In this document: piece by piece, positions 26,612 to 34,923 of the stretch
Numbering within the stretch: the first letter of the stretch is position 1
Layout of the letters: every line of letters begins with the position of its first letter
Source: Bdellovibrio sp.
GTDB lineage: Bacteria; Bdellovibrionota; Bdellovibrionia; Bdellovibrionales; Bdellovibrionaceae
Direction: 5' to 3'
DNA length: 64,000 bases
Assembly: GCA_037968775.1 (NCBI GenBank)
Contig: JBBKWD010000072.1
Span: forward strand, 11,339 to 75,338
Program-made: the position numbers and the translations under genes
Notes under the pieces: generated by a model
What the model was told of the DNA's origin: nothing
Seen by the model: only the letters and a program-made list of their open reading frames with translations
The model's database searches: none

Positions 26612-28297
26612 TTAAAGGCCGGCGTCAAATATTTCCGCAAATGATTTTTCATTTTGAGTTTCAAAGGGATCATAAATTGAAAAAGAAATGAAGTCCTCTT
26701 TTGACTGTATTTGTGGAACGTCGCCATTGCAAGGCTGGAGCTTGCTTCTTCCCATAAATTTCATCTCTAAAAAACTTGAACCTTCATAAACATACACCTG
26801 ATCTGCCGAAAGCTCTTTGCACAGGTTCCGCCACTCCTCACCGCTAAGTTTGTGCTGAGCACGGATTACATGGGCCTTTGCAAAAACCCCTTTTCCGATT
26901 CGAATAAAAAACTTTTCTTCCAGCTCTAAATAGAAATCATTCAAGTAATAGAACAAACGATTTCCAAAAAAAACCAAACCTAAATCAGGTCGCTTCAAGA
27001 CCCCGAGAACTTCCTGTCTATTTCCAAAGTGCATCGGGGCCGGAAAAACAAAAATACTGTTATCACGAGGCAACACGACCGTACTATCGTAATAAACCGT
27101 TTCTGGGTAAGAGCGCAGATACACCTGCATTTGCTCTTGAAGCTGAATCTGGGTTTGATTGTTTTGCGCCCAATAAACATTGTATACGGTCGAAAAGGCC
27201 TGAACCGTGGCGGCAATAACGATTAGGTCTCGACCAATTCTTCCGGGTCGCGGCAGACGTTCGCAAAAATGCTGGAAGTATTCGGCCGACGCCACGCCGA
27301 TAAAGGCAATCGGCAGCGGCAATAGGCTTAAAATAAAAAATGGCAAACGATCATTGTGAAGTAAGATCAAGGTCAATGCAGCTAAGCTGGCCCATCCCAA
27401 CGACTGCAATTGCGGCGACAAAGGGCGCTTGCTCTTGACTATAAAAATTTGGATTAAGAGCAGTACCATGAGCCATTGTTGAGTTAGAGCTTCTCCAACA
27501 TATCGAAAGGCTTCCATAGAAAAGAAACTTGGATGATGTTCACTTGCCGAGAAAGATTGCAGAAAGAAGACGGCAGCCGTTTGAAACTGCTCCCACTTCC
27601 AAGCTAGGAAAATTCCAAATAGCCCGATAACAACAGGAACGATCCTTAGAAGCGTGTCTTTAGAAAACCTCCCTTGACCACTGAGCCTCTCCATTGAATA
27701 AATAAAACTGATGTTCACTGCTAAATGAAATATCCCTTTTGGAGTCGCTAGTAAAACCGTGACACAAAGAAGAATATTCAAGAAATAATCGAATGGAGAC
27801 TGTTTTTGCTTTTTGCGAAACCAAAGGTAGTGACACAATGCCAGAATCTGAAAAAAACAGGCTAACATGTCGGATCTAAGCTTAAAACCCTGCGACAAAA
27901 ACAATGAAGAGCTTAAAAGCAAAAAACCCGTCCACAAGGCCGCCTTTTTGTTTTTTTGCAGAAGATAAACGAACAAAGAGAGAAGACCCACAACTCCTAG
28001 TCCCAGTATGGCAAAAATCGTTCGCGCGGCCTGCACAGTCCAACGATTGTCGAAGGGGAAGTGGTAACTCAAATTGAGGACTGCGTTAAATAAGATTTTA
28101 TAGTCCGTCGACGGCTGATGCGATTTGAAGAAGTCACGCGCCAGGCCCAGAGCCCAAAGTTCGGAGTCGGACCAGTGGGAGACCCAGGCCAGGCTGAAAA
28201 AAACAGTTACAATCAAAACAAGGATCACAAGTGACGTGATTTTTTTTAGAATGTCCACAGTGCCCCTAAGCCTATGGGACCTGGTTCCCCTTTTCAA
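26612..28297 (-). CDS. Polytopic membrane protein, GT-C-like (ArnT/PMT-type glycosyltransferase candidate) with C-terminal soluble domain
   Basis: 561 aa with about 11 hydrophobic helices and an acidic first loop (HWSDSELW...ARDFF). A ~190-aa non-membrane C-terminus follows. It is divergent from the island's first gene, with a 65-nt spacer. Confidence 0.45.
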   Translation of the reverse strand: MKRGTRSHRLRGTVDILKKITSLVILVLIVTVFFSLAWVSHWSDSELWALGLARDFFKSHQPSTDYKILFNAVLNLSYHFPFDNRWTVQAARTIFAILGLGVVGLLSLFVYLLQKNKKAALWTGFLLLSSSLFLSQGFKLRSDMLACFFQILALCHYLWFRKKQKQSPFDYFLNILLCVTVLLATPKGIFHLAVNISFIYSMERLSGQGRFSKDTLLRIVPVVIGLFGIFLAWKWEQFQTAAVFFLQSFSASEHHPSFFSMEAFRYVGEALTQQWLMVLLLIQIFIVKSKRPLSPQLQSLGWASLAALTLILLHNDRLPFFILSLLPLPIAFIGVASAEYFQHFCERLPRPGRIGRDLIVIAATVQAFSTVYNVYWAQNNQTQIQLQEQMQVYLRSYPETVYYDSTVVLPRDNSIFVFPAPMHFGNRQEVLGVLKRPDLGLVFFGNRLFYYLNDFYLELEEKFFIRIGKGVFAKAHVIRAQHKLSGEEWRNLCKELSADQVYVYEGSSFLEMKFMGRSKLQPCNGDVPQIQSKEDFISFSIYDPFETQNEKSFAEIFDAGL

Positions 28298-28362
28298 GGA
28301 TTACTCTAGCATTGCTCTTTTGTTCGAGTTGATTATACTTTCGTATTGAGATTGGAAAAAAT

Positions 28363-29712
28363 ATGTCGAGAATTGAAACTGAGAAAAAAAACTTTCGTGA
28401 CAAGCTCAATGCCGTCAGCCCCTCATTTTGCCTGGCAAAGTGGCTGCAAGTCACCATGCACCTTCATAGTGGGCATAATCACTCCTGTCATCATCCCGGA
28501 ACGCATAAAACTCCACTTTCGGAATTAAAGAACAACCCCTCAGCCCTGCATAACACTTGTTTTAAAAAAGTGCAGCGTGCGGACATGAAAGCAGGTAAGC
28601 GCCCTTCTGAATGTGAGTACTGCTGGAACATTGAAGATCTGGGCCCGTCTTACTTAAGCGATCGTACATTAAAATCTTCAGAGTTTTGGGCGGCTCCCGA
28701 GTTTGAGCGGGTTTCAGCTATGGCGAATAGCGAAAACATCAATCCAACCTATGTTGAAGTCAGCTTCAGCAATGTCTGCAATTTCCGATGCAGCTATTGC
28801 TCAGGAAATTTTTCGACGCGATGGACAGATGACATTTCCCGAAACGGATCTTACTCAACTCGCAACGGTGAACAAACCATGGACATCCTGCCAGAGGAAA
28901 ATAATCCCTATATCAAGGCCTTTTGGGAGTGGTGGCCCGAACTCGTAAAGAACCTCAAGGTTTTCCGAATCACAGGTGGTGAGCCCCTTCTTTCGCCAAA
29001 TACCTTTCGCGTGCTAGAGGAACTCAGCCGCAATCCCCAACCTGATTTAGAGATCGGAATCAATTCCAATCTAGGAATATCGGACGCCTCATTTCAAAAG
29101 TTTTTGGCGTTGGCCAAGGACCTAACCGAAAATAAAAAAATTAAAATGATTCGACTTTTCACAAGCGTGGAAGCTTGGGGAGAGCGAGCTGAGTATATCC
29201 GCAACGGCCTGCAGTTCATGCGCTTTCAACGGAATCTCGAAACCTTTCTCAAGGAAGTCCCTCAAGGGCAGGCCGTCATAATGGCAACCTTTAACTCGCT
29301 CAGCTTGACTTCTTTTACTGACTTGCTCTTGTATGTGAAGGGACTTAAAGAAACCTACACTTTGGATCCGGCAAAGTGCCCTCTATTTATTGATATTTCC
29401 TATCTCCGTCACCCTGACCACCAAAGCATTCAACTTTTGCCCGCATCTTATCAAAAAAAGATGAACGATATCTGCGACTATATGGAGCTCAATAAAGTTA
29501 CCGACAAGGATCCAGCTGGATTCTATTTTTTCGAAGTCACGAAAGCTCAACGAATTCTGGAATGGATGAAGCAACCTTTAGATGATGAAAAACTCAACGA
29601 AGGACGTCGGCACTTTTTCAAATTCTTTTCAGAGCACGATCAACGTCGCCAAACTAACTTTTTAAAGAGCTTCCCTGAAATGACAGACTTTTGGGACCTA
29701 TGCCAGCAGTAA
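28363..29712 (+). CDS. Radical SAM enzyme with N-terminal Cys-rich (twitch-like) domain, paralog 1
   Basis: CxxxCxxC motif in SFSNVCNFRCSYCSG. The N-terminal Cys set comprises FCLAKW, SCHHP, TCF and CEYC. The C-terminal tail ...FLKSFPEM is shared with the paralogs. Confidence 0.8.
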   Translation: MSRIETEKKNFRDKLNAVSPSFCLAKWLQVTMHLHSGHNHSCHHPGTHKTPLSELKNNPSALHNTCFKKVQRADMKAGKRPSECEYCWNIEDLGPSYLSDRTLKSSEFWAAPEFERVSAMANSENINPTYVEVSFSNVCNFRCSYCSGNFSTRWTDDISRNGSYSTRNGEQTMDILPEENNPYIKAFWEWWPELVKNLKVFRITGGEPLLSPNTFRVLEELSRNPQPDLEIGINSNLGISDASFQKFLALAKDLTENKKIKMIRLFTSVEAWGERAEYIRNGLQFMRFQRNLETFLKEVPQGQAVIMATFNSLSLTSFTDLLLYVKGLKETYTLDPAKCPLFIDISYLRHPDHQSIQLLPASYQKKMNDICDYMELNKVTDKDPAGFYFFEVTKAQRILEWMKQPLDDEKLNEGRRHFFKFFSEHDQRRQTNFLKSFPEMTDFWDLCQQ

Positions 29713-30734
29713 CAATAGGACTCGTTATTCATAATGAGTCCTTAAATCTTCCAGGGCTTCTACAAAACCTCGAAGATATTCTGATTCCCGACTCTGTGGA
29801 TATTCTCATCGTCGATAATGCTTCGACTGATTCAACCCCAGAAATAGTGAAAAAGTGGCAAGATGCGCAGACCAGGAAATGGAAAACTTCAATTATTTCT
29901 CGCAGAGTCAATAACTTGGCTGAAGCCCGAAATGACGTTATTCAAAATGCAGATACCGAATGGATTTTTTTTACAGATGCCGACTGCCGCCTTTCCAGTG
30001 AGTCCTGGCAAAAGCATTTAGACTTTATAGACTCACCTTTACTCACGCCCCGGATTGCAGCGTTTGGTGGCGGGAACCGACCTTGTGGCCCTAAGAGCTT
30101 TATGACCCGTGGACTTCAGACGATGAGTCTTAATGGACTTGCACATATGGGGTCCATTCAGCTCCGCAGCCCACGAAGCACTGAAAAAGTGTCCTTGCTT
30201 TCAACTTGCAATCTCATGTTACGGACCCGGATCGCGCAAGAGTGCGGTGGTTGTGATACTCGATTCCACCCAGTGGGTGAGGATTTGAGTCTTTGCCATC
30301 GGCTACTGGACAAGGGCTACTCTTTACTTGCCGTGCCCCACATCACTGTTGATCACTATCAGACACAAAACCTGAAGATCTGGTCCAAGAAAATGTTTCG
30401 CTATGGCGGGGCCCAAATTAAAGTGGCCCAGACTTATCCTCGACACTTAAGAGGCCCTCGTGGGCTGCAGCTCTTAGGAGGACTTTTGCTTAGCGGCTAT
30501 TTCCTCATTCATCCGCTTCAAATAATTTTATTCTTGGGAGCCTATGCCGCCCTCTTCATCTTGCTGTCCGTACAATCGGGGATCACAAATGGGAAAAATA
30601 TTTTTTCTGGAATGAGTTTAAGTTTTATTTCTCACGCTTGCTATTTTGCAGGGGAAGTCGACTCCCTAGGACGCTGGCTTTGCTCCACACTTGTTCGATT
30701 TTTCCCCTCAAAATTCCAACTCGAGAAAGAATAA
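29700..30734 (+). CDS. Family 2 glycosyltransferase with C-terminal TM helices (GtrB/ArnC/DPM1-like architecture)
   Basis: ATG 29700 overlaps the upstream rSAM gene by 13 nt. Motifs VTIGLVIHNES, ILIVDNASTD and FFTDADCRL. Hydrophobic C-terminus LLGGLLLSGYFLIHPLQIILFLGAYAALFILL. Confidence 0.8.
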   Translation: MPAVTIGLVIHNESLNLPGLLQNLEDILIPDSVDILIVDNASTDSTPEIVKKWQDAQTRKWKTSIISRRVNNLAEARNDVIQNADTEWIFFTDADCRLSSESWQKHLDFIDSPLLTPRIAAFGGGNRPCGPKSFMTRGLQTMSLNGLAHMGSIQLRSPRSTEKVSLLSTCNLMLRTRIAQECGGCDTRFHPVGEDLSLCHRLLDKGYSLLAVPHITVDHYQTQNLKIWSKKMFRYGGAQIKVAQTYPRHLRGPRGLQLLGGLLLSGYFLIHPLQIILFLGAYAALFILLSVQSGITNGKNIFSGMSLSFISHACYFAGEVDSLGRWLCSTLVRFFPSKFQLEKE

Positions 30735-31494
30735 GGAACAAAATCAGGCCCGGAATGAGACTGACTGCAAGACCGGAAAGATCAAACTTTAATGCGCCAC
30801 TGAGATTTCTTTTTCCAGCGGCGACTCCTTGGCGATAGGCCCGCTTTGCGAAAACATCGAAATTAGACTCGTCAATATGAGTGATCGAGAAATCAGAATG
30901 CCAACGCCCGCTAAATGAAGTCTGGCGTTCAAGATTCAGCAGCATTTCTTTTTCCTCTCCGCCCCAACGCAACTCTGCAGGAAAGACGATGGCTGCTTTG
31001 ATCACTGCCGAGCCAAAGATGAAACCACCTAAAAGATGCACTTGACCACGATCTGTCTGTCCTGATCGCAACCACAATTGGTTCACGGCCTGATACACAC
31101 GATTCCAGTAGTTGGATTTACCTTTCAAAATATAGCTGCCGCCATGAACACGGTTTTCCTCTGCCGAGATCTCAAAAATTCTGGCAATAATTTCGGGATT
31201 CTCGATGAGGCAGTCATCGTCCAAGAAAATAAAATAGCGACCTTTTGAAATGCGCAATCCCAAATTTCGCGCATTGGACACGCCACCTAAATGGCTGAGA
31301 TAGAATTGAAAATCAGAAAACTCCTGTTTGAGCTCAGTGATTTTTGAGGACTCTAAGGCCTCATCCACGATCACCAAGACTTCATAGGATTGTACGTCTG
31401 GCAATCCCTGCAAGGCCTGCAGACATCGTCCTAAATGGCGCCCCTCTTTCGTGGCGATTATTATGCTGAGAGACGGTGTCTGAGGATTGCCCAA
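30625..31494 (-). CDS. Family 2 glycosyltransferase
   Basis: Motifs LSIIIATKEG, VLVIVDE and IFLDDDCLI, with one C-terminal hydrophobic helix. The 3' end overlaps the convergent GT2 gene by 110 nt. Confidence 0.75.
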   Translation of the reverse strand: MGNPQTPSLSIIIATKEGRHLGRCLQALQGLPDVQSYEVLVIVDEALESSKITELKQEFSDFQFYLSHLGGVSNARNLGLRISKGRYFIFLDDDCLIENPEIIARIFEISAEENRVHGGSYILKGKSNYWNRVYQAVNQLWLRSGQTDRGQVHLLGGFIFGSAVIKAAIVFPAELRWGGEEKEMLLNLERQTSFSGRWHSDFSITHIDESNFDVFAKRAYRQGVAAGKRNLSGALKFDLSGLAVSLIPGLILFLILSRVGILRGKIEQVWSKASVLGSRLPLQNSKREK

Positions 31495-32153
31495 AAAAAC
31501 TTGACTCCATCTGAAAGAGGATTGAGTTTCGATTCGCCTCGGCGCTCTTCATAGCGAATTTGCATTTCCGAAAACTTCATTTTGCCATTAAGAATCTGCA
31601 AAGTCAGAGCCATAGAATAACTCAGATCATTTTGACCAACGCTGCAAAACTCCTCTTTTAAATGCGACCGGAACAATCGCATACCCGTGCACGGATCCCC
31701 AATGTGGGGAAAACCAAATAACTTCAAACAATAGTAGTAGAGATTATTTCCAACTCTGCGAACAAAGGGCATCCCATTGGCTTGCCCCAGGCGATTTCCG
31801 AACAGGACATCCAACTCTTGGGTTTCAAGTTGGTGGTAAATCTCTGGCAGCTGGCGAATATCGTAAGTGTCATCCATATCTAAAAAAACAATCAAATCAG
31901 ATTTGGCATGGCGAAAGCCTTTTTTTAAAGACGCCCCATAGCCCTCGCATCTCTCAGAACGCAATACCGTCAGATCTGAAAACTGCCTCAACATTTCGGA
32001 GGAGCGATCATTCGAACCGTCATCCACAACAATCACTTCTTGAACTTGAGGCATTTGCAATCGCAGCTCATGGACTTTTGCCATAACGGCGACGATAGCC
32101 TTTTCCTCGTTGTGGCAGGGAATAACGATGCTGACGGAAGGAGATTTTTTAAT
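31461..32153 (-). CDS. Family 2 glycosyltransferase (polyprenol-phosphate glycosyltransferase-like), probable ATT start
   Basis: Track ORF starts at ATG 32084, but the GT2 motif SVSIVIPCHNEE is encoded in frame upstream of it. There is no ATG/GTG/TTG between the in-frame TGA (32168-32166) and 32084. AGGAG at 32165-32161 lies 7 nt before ATT 32153. Other motifs: VIVVDDGSNDRS, LDMDDTYD. Confidence 0.7.
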   Translation of the reverse strand: MKKSPSVSIVIPCHNEEKAIVAVMAKVHELRLQMPQVQEVIVVDDGSNDRSSEMLRQFSDLTVLRSERCEGYGASLKKGFRHAKSDLIVFLDMDDTYDIRQLPEIYHQLETQELDVLFGNRLGQANGMPFVRRVGNNLYYYCLKLFGFPHIGDPCTGMRLFRSHLKEEFCSVGQNDLSYSMALTLQILNGKMKFSEMQIRYEERRGESKLNPLSDGVKFFWAILRHRLSA

Positions 32154-33525
32154 AAACCAGCTCCTTCATCTCCGGGAAGGTTTCACCGAAGTTCAGCTTA
32201 CGAATTCCATCCATATGTTGAATATACTCTTTAAATTCAGGCAGACGATTAGACCAGTCCTCAGAGTTCATAAACTTTACGAGGCCCTTGAGACGTTTGA
32301 TCCCGTATTCGCTTTCTTCCAAACGAACCGGATCTGGATGGTTCTCGTGCAACCACTTGTAAAAATCTTCATACTTTTCTGCGACCTTTTGCTTAAACTC
32401 TGGCGGCAGAACTTTCACATTCAAATGGGCCGGATGATAAACGAAATGGAAGTTGATCAGCCCCGCCCCCAATGGCCACGGATTTATTTTTTTAAATCCT
32501 TGAGTGAGCTTCCACTTAATAAAATCAGGAATATAATAAATATTTAAAATTTGCACGGCGCAAGCAACGGTCACCTCGATATGAGCCTCAGACTGATCCA
32601 AACGATGCAGCTGGGCCTCGATCTTAGACCACTGCGAAGGAAAACGAATGTAGTGATTCATCTCCCCAATGCTATCGATACTAAAATGAAAACGAACGCG
32701 GCGAAATTGCTTCCAAAGGTCAAAAATTCGCTCTGGCATTTCTAAGCCGTTGCTATTGTAGCGAAGCTCGATATTTTTCGCATGGCCTTGCTCAATGCAT
32801 TGCTCGAGCAATTTATAGTGCTCTTCAATGATGGTACTTTCCCCGCCGGCAAAATAAAGTTGCTGCAGATTCGGCAACTGAGTTGTCAAACCCTTCCAAA
32901 ATTCCGGGTTGTCTGAAAACCAGGTATAACTGGCGCCATCGACCTTGCCTTGTGAAGGCCACTGAATCGTTTCTTTGAGTTGGGGATTTTCGACCAAAGC
33001 ATGAAGCTTATTCCAATCGCCGACCCAGCGTGAACTGTCGTGAGGCGAACACATGATACACTTTAAATTACACTTTGTGCCCAAACGCAAATCGATATAA
33101 GCAATATGAGGTGGGACCTCTCCCTCGGGAGTTGTCTTTTCGATAAGCGCCTTGGTGTCGATTCTCTGACTCCAATATTCAGTTTCCCAAATTCTCTTGG
33201 AGCGATGTCCCGCGGCCTCTTCCTTAAAACACTTCAAGCAAGAAGGCGGTTGTTCTCCGCTCAACATCATCTGCCGAACTTTTCGCATATAAGGGCCATT
33301 CCAAGCTTCGAGCAAACTGACCTGACCAAGATTGGCCGGAGCCCCTGACTCAGTCTTCAAGATCCCCACTTCACCACCATATTTTTTATCATTGGTTTTC
33401 CCAGCTGAGGACGCATTTGCCGTACAGCACAAACGCATATGCCCATTAGGACGGGTGGAAAGATGAATCCATGGAAGGATACAAAACGAAGATGTTACTT
33501 GGTCCGGATGAAGGCGTTCTGGCAT
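32149..33525 (-). CDS. Radical SAM enzyme with N-terminal Cys-rich (twitch-like) domain, paralog 2
   Basis: N-terminal FCILPWIHLSTRPNGHMRLCC...CLKC, then LGTKCNLKCIMCSP (CxxxCxxC). It aligns by eye along its length with the 49491-50864 protein. Confidence 0.8.
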   Translation of the reverse strand: MPERLHPDQVTSSFCILPWIHLSTRPNGHMRLCCTANASSAGKTNDKKYGGEVGILKTESGAPANLGQVSLLEAWNGPYMRKVRQMMLSGEQPPSCLKCFKEEAAGHRSKRIWETEYWSQRIDTKALIEKTTPEGEVPPHIAYIDLRLGTKCNLKCIMCSPHDSSRWVGDWNKLHALVENPQLKETIQWPSQGKVDGASYTWFSDNPEFWKGLTTQLPNLQQLYFAGGESTIIEEHYKLLEQCIEQGHAKNIELRYNSNGLEMPERIFDLWKQFRRVRFHFSIDSIGEMNHYIRFPSQWSKIEAQLHRLDQSEAHIEVTVACAVQILNIYYIPDFIKWKLTQGFKKINPWPLGAGLINFHFVYHPAHLNVKVLPPEFKQKVAEKYEDFYKWLHENHPDPVRLEESEYGIKRLKGLVKFMNSEDWSNRLPEFKEYIQHMDGIRKLNFGETFPEMKELVY

Positions 33526-33552
33526 AGCTCAACATGATGTAATAACTATTGA

Positions 33553-34923
33553 GTGTTTGCAACAGGTGCCCTCTTAAATTACATTATCAGAGTGGCACGT
33601 CATTTTCTTGTAGAGCGAAATTCATTTCATAGTCTGACTCCTTATGGCTCCAAGGAAAGCGCTCTTTCGATTTCTTCGTGGGATTACTCCTTCACAACTC
33701 TCAAGCTGCAGGATATCGAGGCCAATAAAATCCAAATCCCCTTGGTGTTGAACTCCACTGCCTTTGACTTGCTGCCTTCTCCAGAGCTAGAAGCCATACT
33801 GATGAGCCAAACAGCTCCTGTTCGTTTGCAAATCTCCCTTGGCGCAGAGCTTACACGACACCAAGCCCTGGTTTTTGGACTCCTCAAAGATGGGTGCGGA
33901 CTTGATTTCCTTATAGACCGCCCTATCCCTGATGCGTCGCGAGCTATGATCGCTGAATTATGTCAGCAGTTTGATATCCGACTTTGTGTTTTGGTGAATC
34001 GATACTTTTCCACTCAAGAGACTCTTCGATCACTTCCGAAAGAGGTTAAGGATAATATTTTCCTGCTTCTTCTGCCGCCCCTGAATTCTGGATCTCACTT
34101 TTGCGCGCCGGATCATGTATACCGAATTCTGAGCGAACTTGAGGGGACCTGGCGTCTTTTGGTTTTTGAAAATGCTCTTGGACAACTGCCTCCCGGGGCC
34201 GAAAAGAATTTTTATACTCACTTTGATATCGAGAATTTTCTTGAGGACTCCAAAAGCATTCGTACCTATCACACTTTTAGAGAAGTCACCGTTTGGCTTT
34301 TGCAGAGACGTTGGATTTTTTTCTTAGATTTCTTACATTCAATTTTGCTCTTGGTACGCAATCCTTCACTAGCAAAGTTTTCGCAACTGCTTTCAATTTT
34401 AATCCGCCCTCTTAAAAACTTAATGAGAGCTGCAAAATATTTCACTTGGAAATTAAAGATGGGCGGCCACGCAGTTTATATTTTTTTTAGATACCGCTCA
34501 CTCACCCAAGTCTATTCATTTGTTCGCTACGAATGCGTTAATAAAGGTTTTTATTGGTCGCGCGAAAGGTCGGTACGGGTTTGGCACTTTTGTAAATACA
34601 ATTTGGCGATCCCGTTTTACTATGGAATTCGCGGATTCGGACCTCAAGCATGGGTGTTCTTTCGACATCGAGTCTTCGGTCTCGCAAAGGGTTTTGTCGT
34701 TCAAATCTGGATGCTAATTAAGTTTCAACTCATTCATAGAATTTTTATCTTCTTTCGATACACAGCATTCGGGTGGATTCAAATTGCTTGGGGTCAAGCT
34801 TGGCGCCTGAAGGAAGTTCTTCGCGTTCTGCTTTTTCCCATATTCAAAGTTTTTTGGTTTTTTTCCTATCAATTTCGAACTCGCGTCTCTCCTCTCTTCA
34901 AAAATGAAGTCGAAGACGAATGA
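33553..34923 (+). CDS. Unknown protein with C-terminal aromatic/basic FFR[YH] repeat region
   Basis: 456-aa ORF (GTG start uncertain). The C-terminal ~200 aa carries the recurring motifs IFFRYRS, VFFRHRV, IFFRYTA and WFFSYQF. Its stop overlaps the next GT2 start (ATGA). Confidence 0.5.
   Translation: MFATGALLNYIIRVARHFLVERNSFHSLTPYGSKESALSISSWDYSFTTLKLQDIEANKIQIPLVLNSTAFDLLPSPELEAILMSQTAPVRLQISLGAELTRHQALVFGLLKDGCGLDFLIDRPIPDASRAMIAELCQQFDIRLCVLVNRYFSTQETLRSLPKEVKDNIFLLLLPPLNSGSHFCAPDHVYRILSELEGTWRLLVFENALGQLPPGAEKNFYTHFDIENFLEDSKSIRTYHTFREVTVWLLQRRWIFFLDFLHSILLLVRNPSLAKFSQLLSILIRPLKNLMRAAKYFTWKLKMGGHAVYIFFRYRSLTQVYSFVRYECVNKGFYWSRERSVRVWHFCKYNLAIPFYYGIRGFGPQAWVFFRHRVFGLAKGFVVQIWMLIKFQLIHRIFIFFRYTAFGWIQIAWGQAWRLKEVLRVLLFPIFKVFWFFSYQFRTRVSPLFKNEVEDE

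Noticed and set aside
32110-32547. 145-aa + strand ORF, and similar long antisense ORFs (e.g. 41702-42187, 45891-46244)
   Set aside because: Each lies entirely within a strongly supported gene on the other strand (rSAM or operon genes with clear motifs) and shows no motifs of its own.
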